In this document: piece after piece, positions 45,620 to 54,152 of the stretch
How positions within the stretch are numbered: position 1 is the stretch's first letter
Layout of the letters: every line of letters starts with the position of its first letter
DNA from: an uncultured Acidobacteriota bacterium
GTDB lineage: Bacteria > Acidobacteriota > Thermoanaerobaculia > Multivoradales > UBA5704
NCBI GenBank assembly: GCA_963756455.1
Contig: CAVWNC010000003.1
Location: 2,456,090-2,520,089, forward strand
Direction of reading: 5' to 3'
DNA length: 64,000 nt
Translations under genes and position numbers: made by a program
Notes under the pieces: generated by a model
The model's database searches: none
The model's input: only the letters and a program-made list of their open reading frames with translations
What the model was told of the DNA's origin: nothing

Positions 45620-45686
45620 CAGCCCCGCCCGGAGATTGATCTCCGGCGGGGCTGAGGAGATCGGAGGTGCCCGCGCGAGGCACCTC
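45620..45686. terminator. two tandem strong hairpins between convergent genes (likely bidirectional terminator)
   Basis: CAGCCCCGCCCGGAGAT-tg-ATCTCCGGCGGGGCTG (45620-45654) and GGAGGTGCC-gcgcga-GGCACCTCC (45663-45686). Confidence 0.6.
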
Positions 45687-45703
45687 CGGAGAGGAGTCCA
45701 GGT

Positions 45704-45997
45704 TTAACCCTTGGTCTTGCCCTTCGTGGGGGACTTCTCGGCCTTGACCTCGACGGTCGCGGCCGACATCCGGTACTCGATCGTCACCTTGGAGCCGACC
45801 TTCAAGTCGCCGGTGACCTTGGTCGAGGCGTCGCGGGCGATCTCCCAGCGGTCCTTGCCCTTCATGACGACGATGGTGTCGGGCGTCAGCTCCAGCACGG
45901 GTCCCGTCACCTGGTAGGTTTTCGGCGGCGCCGCGTGGACGGGCACGGTGCAGAGGGAGGCGGTGAGAATAGAAGCCACGATCAACTTCTTGAGCAT
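45704..45997 (-). CDS. small secreted protein
   Basis: 97 aa with signal peptide MLKKLIVASILTASLCTVPVHA, a beta-rich body and a Lys-rich tail. Confidence 0.7.
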   Translation of the reverse strand: MLKKLIVASILTASLCTVPVHAAPPKTYQVTGPVLELTPDTIVVMKGKDRWEIARDASTKVTGDLKVGSKVTIEYRMSAATVEVKAEKSPTKGKTKG

Positions 45998-46048
45998 GTC
46001 GATCCTTTCCGCCCGCTTCTTTAAGGCAGGCTTGAAGAAGTAGTGAAT

Positions 46049-46489
46049 TTAGCCGAGCTTACCGCGAAGGAGGTCCATGCCCTCGGCGAGCAGGCCGTGG
46101 TCGGCGGTGCCTCCGGGCGTCAGGTGGTCGATGAGGCCGGGGAGGACCGAGGCGAGCATCGAGCTCGCCTGCTCCGGGGGGATGCCGGCCTCCTGCGCCA
46201 GGGCCGCCAAGCGGCCGCTGCCGAGGACGCTCTCCACCTGCTGCGCCGAGATCGGCAGGTTGGTCCCGTTGCCGATCCAGGAGGAGATGAGATGGCCGAG
46301 CCCCTGCTGCTCGAAGAGCTGGACGAGCCCCTGGAGGCCGCCCTGCTGGTTGCCGAGGAGGCCGAGGAGGGCGGTGACGAGGCCGGGATTGGCGGCGGCG
46401 ACAGGATTGGCGTTACCGGCATTGGCATTGCCGGTGTTGCCCGCGAGGGCACCCTCGGCGGTGCTCATCAGGTCTCCGAACAGGCTCAT
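46049..46489 (-). CDS. YidB-like (DUF937) protein
   Basis: I trimmed to the ATG at 46489 (MSLFGDLM). Contains ..GLQGLVQLFEQQGLGHLISSWIGNGTNLPISAQQV.. Confidence 0.75.
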   Translation of the reverse strand: MSLFGDLMSTAEGALAGNTGNANAGNANPVAAANPGLVTALLGLLGNQQGGLQGLVQLFEQQGLGHLISSWIGNGTNLPISAQQVESVLGSGRLAALAQEAGIPPEQASSMLASVLPGLIDHLTPGGTADHGLLAEGMDLLRGKLG

Positions 46490-46913
46490 GGCGATTCTCC
46501 GGGCCCACGGAGGGCCGAAAGTGCGGTCGGTGGGGAAGGCGGGCTTCAGGCCCGCAATGGATGCTACAACGTATCCCGCGCAGATTACGGACCGCCTTAA
46601 GGCTTCGGAGTGACAACCCTCGGGATACAATCGCTCCGTGAACGCGGCGCGGCGTACCCTCGGCCGCTGGCTCCTCCTCACCTTCCTGGAGCGCGGCTGC
46701 GATCCCCTGACGGCCCGGGTGCCGCAGGCGGTGCCCCGAGTCCGCCCGCTCTCCTTAAGAGAGCTCGCCGACCTCCACAACTTCCCCCTGCCGGTCGTCG
46801 CGGTTAGCAACGTGCGATTCCTGCACCTGCCGGTTCGGTAGTGTAGTGCGGCAGAAATCCAGAACCTTTAGAGCGGACACCCAAAGAACTGCCAATCCAC
46901 TCCCTTCAGGCGT

Positions 46914-47020
46914 GTCATCCTGGAGCGGAGCGAAGGGCCTGGGGGATGGGAGCTTTCCGCCGCGCAGATCCTTCGGTCGCCAGGGCTCCCTCCAGGATGA
47001 CGGTAGGAAAGGTTGGCGCG
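46914..47020. repeat. uninterrupted copy of the palindromic repeat (empty-site reference for the IS insertion)
   Basis: GTCATCCTGGAGCGGAGCGAAGGGCCTGGGGG..CAGATCCTTCGG..GGGCTCCCTC|CAGGATGACGGTAGGAAAGGTTGGCGCG. Confidence 0.85.
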
Positions 47021-47075
47021 AACCTACCGGGATAAGCGCCTATCTGTTGGCCGCACGACACTAGCTGACGCGATC

Positions 47076-49400
47076 TCACCCCCCACGCCGCTTGAGGACG
47101 AGGACCGTCGTGTCGTCCTCCCCGTCTTCATTCCGCAGGTGCCTTCGACAGTCGGCGAGGAGAGCTTCGAGGATCGCCTCGGCCGGCCGGCGGAAGGTCC
47201 AGCGGAGGATCTCGCTCGGACGCTCGTAGCCGTAGGCGGTGCCGGTTCGGTCGGCGGCCTCGAAGAGGCCGTCGGAGCAGAAGACGAGGACGCTGCCGGG
47301 CGGCAGGGTCACGGAGAGGTCGCTGTACTCCCGCTTCGGCCCCTGCCCCAGGGGGAGACCGGGGAGGGCGATCTCCCGCACCTCGCCATTTTCGAGCAGC
47401 AGAGGGTAGGGGTGGCCGGCGTTGGCGTAGAGGGCCTCGCCGGTTGTCACGTCGAGCCGGAGGAGGGCGAGGCTCGTGAAGTTCCTGCGGCTGCCCCCCC
47501 TGCGGATCACCCGGTCGACCTCCCGGAGCACCTCGGCGGGGGTGCGGCCCGGGGTGATGAGGCTGGTGAGCGCCGCCGTCGTCATCGCCTGGACGATCGA
47601 GCAGGAATAGCCGTGTCCGGCGACGTCCCCGGCCGCGATCCACAGGTGCCCGCCCGACTGCAGATCCCCGGTGAAGAGAAAATCGTAGAGGTCGCCGCCG
47701 GCCTCGGTCGCCAAGAGAGAGCGGGCGGCGATCTGCCAGCCGGGGATCTCGGGGACCTTCTCGGGGAGGAGGCCGAGCTGCATCCGGGAGAGAAGGTCCA
47801 TCTCGTAGCGCACCCGGCGCTCCTCCTCCTGGCGGCGGATGAAGGCGGGGGGCGTGAGGCGCTCGAGCTCGACCTGCTCGGGCCGCCGCAAGCCCAGGAG
47901 GCCCAGAAAGAGGAGGGCCATGGGATCGCCGGCGGTGAGCGCGAAGGTCCCCGGCAGCCAATCGAGATGGAGAGCCGAGAAGGCCGCCGCGGGGAGCAGG
48001 TAGGCGGTCATGGCGGCGGTCAGGAAGGCGGTGAGGCCGAAGCGTCGTCCGCCGTAGAAGAGAAAGAGGAGGAGGGCGAAGTTGGCGAGGAGCCCGGCGC
48101 CGTAGGGATGGAGATCGAGGGGCGCGAGGAGGAAGGCGCCGGCGACGGCCGCCGCGGGGATCGCCCAGCGCGGCGTCAGGACGCGGTGGCAGAGGGCGAG
48201 GAGGACGAGGGCTCCGGCGGCGAGCGAGATGCCGTCGCCCGGCGGGGTCGCGGCATCGAAGATCGGCAGCCGGAGGCTCGGCGCCTCGGGCCAGACCCGC
48301 GGCAGGGCGAGTGCGATCGCCTCCACGAGGAGGAGGAGACCGGCGAGCGCCGCTCCGAGCCCGAGCCCGGAGAGGAGCGCCCGGCCGCCGCGGGGGCCGA
48401 GGCGGCCGACCCGCAGGGCGTCGAGGCTGGTCGTGAAGTCGGGGGAGCTCGAGCGGATGAACGACTCGCCCGCCGCCCAGGCGAGGAAGACCCAGAGCGC
48501 GCGGAACACCATATGGGTGAGGATCCAGAGGATCGCGGCGCGATCGGGGGGCGCGTGGAAGAGCGCCCCGGCCGAGGCCACCAGGGTGACGACGGCGAGG
48601 AGCGCGGCGTTCTTGAGGTCGATGACCCGGCGCGAGACGAGATGGAAGAAGAGACCGCCGACGAGGAGGGCGAGGGCGAGGTTGGGAAAGATGCTCCTGA
48701 GGACGGTCCCGAGGTCGAAGCGGTGCGCCCGGGCGAGCGCCTGGCCCAGGGTGCCGGGGCTCCGCCTCAAGATCAGCTGGTTGCCCGGGAGGGTGGCGGC
48801 GGCGATGTGCTGGCTCGGTCGGACCCCGGGAAGGTCGTAGAAAAAGCGCCAATTGTTGGTCTCTCCCTCCTGGGGAGGGCCGAGGCTCTCCCCGGGCGCC
48901 AGGAGCGGAGGGAGGAAAGGCTCGATCTGGGGCCGGCCCATCATCTGCATGGAGTTGACGTTGAAGAGAGAAAAGCCGCTCTGTTGCCAATCGAGCGCCC
49001 GCGGGCTGCCCTGCGGGGAGAACAGCATGCCCAGGATGTAGCCGGTCGCCCCTGGGATCGTCGCCTCCTGCTCGACCCTCACCTTGAGCCCGGCGAGCTC
49101 CGGCGGGACGTCGCGGGGGTTCCGCCGGTCGAAGGCGGCCCCAGCCAGGGGAAGGTCGTCATGGGAGAAGGCCAAAGAGACCCGCGGTTCGCCCGGCAGG
49201 AGGCGCACCCCGGCCCGCCCGGCGAGCTCCCGGAAGCGTTCGACGAAAAGCTTCTCCTCCGGCAGCTTCCCCGCCCGCCACTCCGGCAACCAGGCGAGGG
49301 CGAGCGCCAGCCCGGCGGCGAAGACCAGGGCACCGAGGAGGAGGAGCGACCCGGGACGGAGCGCCCAGGGCAGGGGGTGAGGGTAGGGGCTCTCGCTCAT
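47076..49400 (-). CDS. membrane-anchored PP2C/SpoIIE-family serine phosphatase
   Basis: I trimmed to the ATG at 49400, which is preceded by GGGAGG. The N-terminal part is polytopic. The C-terminus has ..GGDLYDF..GDVAGHG..NAGHPYP..FCSDGLFE.. Confidence 0.85.
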   Translation of the reverse strand: MSESPYPHPLPWALRPGSLLLLGALVFAAGLALALAWLPEWRAGKLPEEKLFVERFRELAGRAGVRLLPGEPRVSLAFSHDDLPLAGAAFDRRNPRDVPPELAGLKVRVEQEATIPGATGYILGMLFSPQGSPRALDWQQSGFSLFNVNSMQMMGRPQIEPFLPPLLAPGESLGPPQEGETNNWRFFYDLPGVRPSQHIAAATLPGNQLILRRSPGTLGQALARAHRFDLGTVLRSIFPNLALALLVGGLFFHLVSRRVIDLKNAALLAVVTLVASAGALFHAPPDRAAILWILTHMVFRALWVFLAWAAGESFIRSSSPDFTTSLDALRVGRLGPRGGRALLSGLGLGAALAGLLLLVEAIALALPRVWPEAPSLRLPIFDAATPPGDGISLAAGALVLLALCHRVLTPRWAIPAAAVAGAFLLAPLDLHPYGAGLLANFALLLFLFYGGRRFGLTAFLTAAMTAYLLPAAAFSALHLDWLPGTFALTAGDPMALLFLGLLGLRRPEQVELERLTPPAFIRRQEEERRVRYEMDLLSRMQLGLLPEKVPEIPGWQIAARSLLATEAGGDLYDFLFTGDLQSGGHLWIAAGDVAGHGYSCSIVQAMTTAALTSLITPGRTPAEVLREVDRVIRRGGSRRNFTSLALLRLDVTTGEALYANAGHPYPLLLENGEVREIALPGLPLGQGPKREYSDLSVTLPPGSVLVFCSDGLFEAADRTGTAYGYERPSEILRWTFRRPAEAILEALLADCRRHLRNEDGEDDTTVLVLKRRGG

Positions 49401-49467
49401 CGCCTCCCATACTACGTCGGGAGCGGGGCAGGGTTTGACGGGGGCTTTGCTACAATCCGCCCCCATC

Positions 49468-51672
49468 ATGCCCCGACGCCTCTCGAAACGCGCCCTGCCG
49501 TCCCTCGCTCTCCTCCTTCTCGCGGCCTTCGCCTCCCTCCTGGCGCCCGCCCCGGCCCAGGCCGCGACCGGTTCCGCCGCCAGCTCGCAGAAGCTCGTCA
49601 TCCTGGGTTTCGACGGCGTCGACGCCAAGCTCACCGAGAAGTGGATGGACGAGGGCAAGCTCCCCAACCTGGCGAAGCTCCGCGCCCAGGGGACCTTCTC
49701 GCCGCTGCTGTCGACCATCCCGTCGCAGACGCCGGTCTCCTGGTCGACCTTCGCGACCGGCCTCTCCCCCGGGCGGCACGGCATCTTCGACTTCCTGAAG
49801 CGCGACCCGGCCACCTACCGGCCGAGCTTCGCCATGTTCGACGAGAAGCGGGTTCCCTTCCTCTGGGGGACGTCGAATCCCCTCATCGTGGGCTTGGGCG
49901 GTGCGCTCGTGCTCACCCTGGTTCTCTTTCTCCTTCTGAAGCTCTTTCGTCTCCGTACCCGGCCGGCCTTCGTCACCGCGCTCGTTTTGGGGATCGTCCT
50001 CGGGATCGGCGCCGGCGCGGCGGCCTCCCGCCTGCTCCCCGTCGACCGCCCCGCGGCCGTCAACCGGCAGCAGGGGGATACGTTCTGGGCGATCCTCGGC
50101 AATGCGGGCAAGCGCGTGCGGGTGATCCGCGTCCCGGTCACCTTCCCGCCCAAGCCCTACGAGCACGGTGAGCTCCTGAGCGGCCTCGGCACCCCCGACC
50201 TCTCGGGCCGGATCGGCAAGCCGTTCTACTTCACCTCCGAGCTCTTCTTCACCCCCAAGGGCGGCGGCGACTTCTCGGTCGAGGTGGCGGAGCTGGCGGA
50301 CAACAAAGGGACGATCGACACCGAGATCAAGGGTCCCCCGAACGAGCTCTTCCCCAAGCAGAAAGAGAAGGGGAAGGACTACATCACGATCCCCATGCGG
50401 CTCACCGTGGCGGCGGACAAGAAGAGTCTGGGGATCGACGTCTCGGGCCAGCACCTGTCGATGAAGCCGGGAGAGTGGAGCGACTGGGTGCGCTTCGTCT
50501 TCCCGTTCAACCCGCTCATCAAGGTCCATGGCATCGGCCGCTTCCGGCTCCTCTCGCTCGATCCCGAGGTGCGGCTCTATCTCTCGCCCATCGACTTCGA
50601 CCCCGAGAACCTGCCGCCGATCCTCGACATCACGACCCCGCCGCGCTTCGTCCATAACATGACCGACCGCTTCGGGCTCTTCAAGACGATCGGCTGGCAG
50701 ATCGACACCTGGTCGATGGACAACGGCACCATCCCGGAGGACGTCTTCTTAGAAGACGTCAAGAACACGGTCGAGAAGGACCGCCAGATCCTCGACGGCT
50801 TCTTGAAGGACGACGACTGGGACGTGCTCGTCAACTACTTCGAGTTCACCGACCGGGTGCAGCACATGATGTTCCGTTTCTTCGACCCCAAGCACCCGCT
50901 CTACACGGCGGAGGGGGCGGCGAAGTGGGGCGGCTCGATTCTCGGCGCCTACCAGCAGATGGACCAGATCGTCGGCGACACGATGACGAAGATGCCTCCG
51001 GGGACGCACCTCCTCATCGTCTCCGACCACGGCTTCGCCTCGTTCCGCCGGGGGATGAACTACAACACCTGGCTCGCGAAGAACGGCTACATGACGCTGA
51101 CCGGCGAGGACACCAAGCGGAAGAACCTGGAAGACCTCTTCGACCAGGGAGATTTCTTCGTCAACGTCGACTGGTCGAAAACCCGCGCCTACGCCCTGGG
51201 GCTGGGGCAGGTTTACATCAACCTCGCCGGCCGCGAGGCCAAGGGGAGCGTCCGTCCCGAGGACTACAAGGCGCTCACGGCGGAGATCAAGGCGGGGCTC
51301 GAAGCCTACGTCGATCCCGAGACCGGGGAGCATCCGGTGGCCCACGTCTTCACCCGCGACGAGGCCTATGGCACCTACGATCCGCGGCTCATCCCCGATC
51401 TCATCCCCTCGAACAACGAGGGCTACCGGGTGGGCTGGCAGGACAGCCTGGGCGGCATCGGCAAGGCGATCGTCGAGCCCAACCTCCGCATCTGGAGCGG
51501 CGACCACTGCTCGGTCTACCCGCCGCTCGTCAGGGGCATCCTCTTCAGCAACGCCAAGCTCGTGGCGAAAGACCCCTGGATGGGCGACGTCATGCCGACC
51601 ATCCTGGACATCTACGGGGTGAAGCCGACGGTCAAGCTCGATGGGAAGAGTATGTGGGCGGGGGGGAAGTAG
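49468..51672 (+). CDS. alkaline-phosphatase-superfamily nucleotide pyrophosphatase/phosphodiesterase-like protein
   Basis: I trimmed to the ATG at 49468 (signal peptide MPRRLSKRALPSLALLLLAAFASLLAPAPAQA). Contains ..LVILGFDGVD..IPSQTPVSWSTFATG..VSDHGF..GDH.. Confidence 0.8.
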   Translation: MPRRLSKRALPSLALLLLAAFASLLAPAPAQAATGSAASSQKLVILGFDGVDAKLTEKWMDEGKLPNLAKLRAQGTFSPLLSTIPSQTPVSWSTFATGLSPGRHGIFDFLKRDPATYRPSFAMFDEKRVPFLWGTSNPLIVGLGGALVLTLVLFLLLKLFRLRTRPAFVTALVLGIVLGIGAGAAASRLLPVDRPAAVNRQQGDTFWAILGNAGKRVRVIRVPVTFPPKPYEHGELLSGLGTPDLSGRIGKPFYFTSELFFTPKGGGDFSVEVAELADNKGTIDTEIKGPPNELFPKQKEKGKDYITIPMRLTVAADKKSLGIDVSGQHLSMKPGEWSDWVRFVFPFNPLIKVHGIGRFRLLSLDPEVRLYLSPIDFDPENLPPILDITTPPRFVHNMTDRFGLFKTIGWQIDTWSMDNGTIPEDVFLEDVKNTVEKDRQILDGFLKDDDWDVLVNYFEFTDRVQHMMFRFFDPKHPLYTAEGAAKWGGSILGAYQQMDQIVGDTMTKMPPGTHLLIVSDHGFASFRRGMNYNTWLAKNGYMTLTGEDTKRKNLEDLFDQGDFFVNVDWSKTRAYALGLGQVYINLAGREAKGSVRPEDYKALTAEIKAGLEAYVDPETGEHPVAHVFTRDEAYGTYDPRLIPDLIPSNNEGYRVGWQDSLGGIGKAIVEPNLRIWSGDHCSVYPPLVRGILFSNAKLVAKDPWMGDVMPTILDIYGVKPTVKLDGKSMWAGGK

Positions 51673-51674
51673 GG

Positions 51675-51938
51675 TTGGACGTGGCCGGGCACCGCCAACG
51701 GGAAGGGCGGACCCTGGCGGAAGCTTTCGAGGAGCTCCGCCGCATCTGCGAGGAAGAGGATTACTCCCTGGAAATCCCTCCGCGGCAGGCCCGGCGCCTG
51801 GAAAGTCCCGGGAAACCCCTCGAAACCACCCCGAGACCTCTCCACGCTCGCCGAGAAGCCCTCGGCACTCCTCCCGAAGGCCTCCGGACGCCGGGGAAAC
51901 CTCTGGAAACTCCGCCCAACTGCCTCCGGGAGCGCTGA
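51675..51938 (+). CDS. candidate small ORF: coding-like N-terminus fused to heptad repeats derived from the 21-bp array
   Basis: A TTG at 51675 or GTG at 51681 lies right after the upstream stop. ..RTLAEAFEELRRICEEEDYSLEIPPRQ.. looks protein-like. The rest is RRLESPG KPLETTP RPLHARR EALGTPP EGLRTPG KPLETPP. Confidence 0.25.
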   Translation: MDVAGHRQREGRTLAEAFEELRRICEEEDYSLEIPPRQARRLESPGKPLETTPRPLHARREALGTPPEGLRTPGKPLETPPNCLRER

Positions 51939-52100
51939 AAACCTCTGGAATCCCCTTTCGCCGGTCTCCAAGCTCGTTGGAAGCCTCTGCAAAGTCCTCT
52001 GGAAGGTCTCGACCTTCCTCCGGAGCGCCTGGAAACTCGAACGGCAGCGCTCGAAAGGAGAATCCACGCACGCGAAAGTCTCCCGGAGACCGTCGAAACG
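51767..52100. repeat. degenerate roughly 21-bp-phased array (anchor CCTCKGRA / CCTGGAAA)
   Basis: Most anchors fall at 19-23-bp spacing: 51797, 51818, 51837, 51860, 51881, 51900, 51923, 51942, 51964 and 51984. Phase-breaking anchors occur at 51767, 51996 and 52028, and further anchors follow at 52017 and 52049. Confidence 0.65.
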
Positions 52101-52304
52101 AATTTAGAGGCAGGGGAAACGAGCCCGGACGGGTCCAAAAGTCCGGCGGAGAGGTTTTCCCTGACTTTGGAGGCCTTTTGGGGACGCTTCCAGGGGTTTC
52201 CGATGGTCCCGGAGACCCTCCGGACGAGTTTCGAGGGGTCTGGGTCGGCGTTGGAGGGCTCTCGGGCGGCCGGGGAGAGGTTTTGCGGTCGAAACGCCGA
52301 AACG

Positions 52305-52673
52305 CTACCGTCGCGCTCCGGCCCACCGCACGGCCAGCCGGACCATGAGGTAGGCGCCGGTGAGCCCTCCCGTCGCTTCGGCGAGTGCTCGCGCCAGGTG
52401 CGGATCGGCGAAGGTGGCGAACGCGATTCTGAGCGCTTCGCGCAGGCCCGAGAGCGCCGGATGGGTGGCGACGAGCCACTCGGTGAGGCCGGAGAGCCCG
52501 GAGAGAAGGGCGAGCCCGGCGAGGAACCGCGGCCAGGGGAAGGGCAGCGGCGGGGGCGGCGTCGTCGCGGTCGCGGCCGTGCGCACCGCCGCCATGACGT
52601 TCGCTGCGAATTGGGGCGAAGGGGGCGGCGGCTCTTCCGAGGCGAGAATCCGATCGAGGTCGTCGAGAGTCAT
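52305..52673 (-). CDS. putative anti-sigma factor (membrane-anchored)
   Basis: 122 aa, overlaps the sigma gene by 4 bp, and has a TM segment FLAGLALLSGLSGL. Confidence 0.6.
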   Translation of the reverse strand: MTLDDLDRILASEEPPPPSPQFAANVMAAVRTAATATTPPPPLPFPWPRFLAGLALLSGLSGLTEWLVATHPALSGLREALRIAFATFADPHLARALAEATGGLTGAYLMVRLAVRWAGARR

Positions 52674-53245
52674 ACCGGAACCTCCTGGGGGGCCGGGGAA
52701 GAAGAGAGGAGACCGCCGAGCTTGCGCCGTAGCCTCTCGCGGCCACGGTGGAGCCAGGCTTTCGCGGTTCCCTCGGGGACGGCGAGGATGCGGGCGGTCT
52801 CGGCCAGGTTCTTATCGCTGAAATAGAAGACGGTGAGGGCGTCCCGGTAGCGGGCGGGGAGCGCGGCCACCGCCCGCCGCACCCACTCGTCCCGCTCCGC
52901 GCTTTCGAGCGCCAGCTCCGGCGGGAGCTCGGAGCCCACGAGCTCGGCCACGGCATCCAGCGGGACGGAAGGGAGAGCGTGGCGGCGGAGCGCCGAACGG
53001 TAGACGTTGAGCGCCAGAGAGAAGAGCCAGGTCGAGAAGGCGGAGTCGCCGCGGAACTGGTGGAGCTGCTGGAAAGCCCGGAGGAACGCCTCCTGCGCGA
53101 GGTCTTCGGCGCGCTCCCGGTCGCGGACGAAGCGGTAGGCCAGGTGGACGAGCGGCCCCTGCCAGCGGTGCACGATGCCCTCGAAGCCGTCCAAGTCCCC
53201 GGCCTGAACGCGCCGCACGTCGATCCGGTCGAGATCCGTGTCCAT
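52670..53245 (-). CDS. ECF-type RNA polymerase sigma-70 factor
   Basis: I trimmed to the ATG at 53245 (MDTDLDRI). Region 2 is ..DLAQEAFLRAF..FSTWLF... Region 4 is ..LPARYRDALTVFYFSDKNLAETARILAVPEGTAKAWLHRGR.. Confidence 0.88.
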   Translation of the reverse strand: MDTDLDRIDVRRVQAGDLDGFEGIVHRWQGPLVHLAYRFVRDRERAEDLAQEAFLRAFQQLHQFRGDSAFSTWLFSLALNVYRSALRRHALPSVPLDAVAELVGSELPPELALESAERDEWVRRAVAALPARYRDALTVFYFSDKNLAETARILAVPEGTAKAWLHRGRERLRRKLGGLLSSSPAPQEVPV

Positions 53246-53385
53246 ATGGAGGGGTAAGACGCCTCGGCCGCGCCGCCGGTTGCACTGGAGACCGTAGCAC
53301 TCCGGAAGCCGGGGTCCCGAGAGAAAAACGCAACCGGCGGCGGCGGGAGCGCGTCCCACGGTGCGAACCCAAAAGGAGAAACACC

Positions 53386-53811
53386 ATGACCACCGAAACT
53401 CTCGCCATGCTGATCCCCCTCGTCTCCATCATCGCCGTCTTCGCCTACACGTCGGTCGCCGCCTGGGCCGATTCGCGCACCAAGGAGCGCGAGGCCTTCT
53501 ATCGGAGCGAGCTGTTCAAGAAGCTCGCGGATTCACCCGCACCGCAGGTCCAACAGGTGCTCGCGAGGATCCGCGAGCAGGAGCAGGACGCCGAGCGCAA
53601 GGCCCGCGAAGGGCAGCGGCTCGGCGGCGTCATCGTCACCCTCGTGGGCCTCGGGCTCATCTCGATGTTCGCCCTCCTGACGCCGCACCAGTCCATCTGG
53701 GCGATCGGGCTGGTCCCGCTGGCGGTCGGGGTGGCACTCCTGCTCTACGCCTACGTGCTGGCCCCGAAGCTGCCGGCGGATGGGATGGAGCGGGAGGAAA
53801 AGGTGTCTTAG
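53386..53811 (+). CDS. 3-TM membrane protein, unknown function
   Basis: 141 aa with SD AAAGGAG upstream and ordinary composition. Confidence 0.65.
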   Translation: MTTETLAMLIPLVSIIAVFAYTSVAAWADSRTKEREAFYRSELFKKLADSPAPQVQQVLARIREQEQDAERKAREGQRLGGVIVTLVGLGLISMFALLTPHQSIWAIGLVPLAVGVALLLYAYVLAPKLPADGMEREEKVS

Positions 53812-54152
53812 CCCGAGCCCAGGGCTGACTCCAAGACTCGAACGAGGGAGGGCAGGCTGTCTTGAACCGTCGCCCAGAGGATGTCGAGGTTGATGTCGAA
53901 GTAGGCGTGGATCAGTCGGTTTCGCATGCCGACGACGTCGGGCCAGGGAATTGTGTCGAGCTCTGCGCAGGTGCCGGAGCTCACCCGGCTGGCGGCCTCG
54001 CCGATCACGGAGATCAAATGAACCAGAGCGTCCGCGAGAGGGTCGTCTTCGGCACCGAGTTTTTCGCGGTCATATCCTGCGGCCAGGCGCAGAGCCTTCC
54101 TGGCAGCGTCGAGCATGTGCTGCAGGCGGACTCTGTCACCCGCGGGCAGCAC
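53808..54152 (-). CDS. hepT: HepT-like (DUF86) RNase toxin
   Basis: 114 aa with the Rx4HxY motif RNRLIHAY. It overlaps the upstream MNT gene. Confidence 0.85.
   Translation of the reverse strand: MLPAGDRVRLQHMLDAARKALRLAAGYDREKLGAEDDPLADALVHLISVIGEAASRVSSGTCAELDTIPWPDVVGMRNRLIHAYFDINLDILWATVQDSLPSLVRVLESALGSG

Noticed and set aside
46638-46841. A 67-aa ORF whose ..RPLSLRELADLHNFP.. recalls the R-x-L-T-x-R-E-x-A-R-L-Q-x-F-P motif of C5 DNA methyltransferases, which could be a remnant.
   Set aside because: It is a single short motif with no other methyltransferase blocks in any frame nearby. The rest of the ORF is Arg/Pro-rich, so the evidence is too weak to call.
49435-49456. TTGACG ... TACAAT, a promoter-like pair upstream of the phosphodiesterase gene.
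   Set aside because: The spacer is only 10 bp, against a canonical ~17 bp, so the pair cannot function as a standard sigma-70 -35/-10 promoter. TACAAT alone is not enough evidence.
53770-53795. A possible att-like partial repeat of the tRNA-Ala 3' end (gatggagcgggaggaaaagg versus ggtggagcagaagggattcg) at the far border of the TA cluster.
   Set aside because: Only about 12 of 20 positions match, and it lies inside a coding sequence, so it is not distinguishable from chance.
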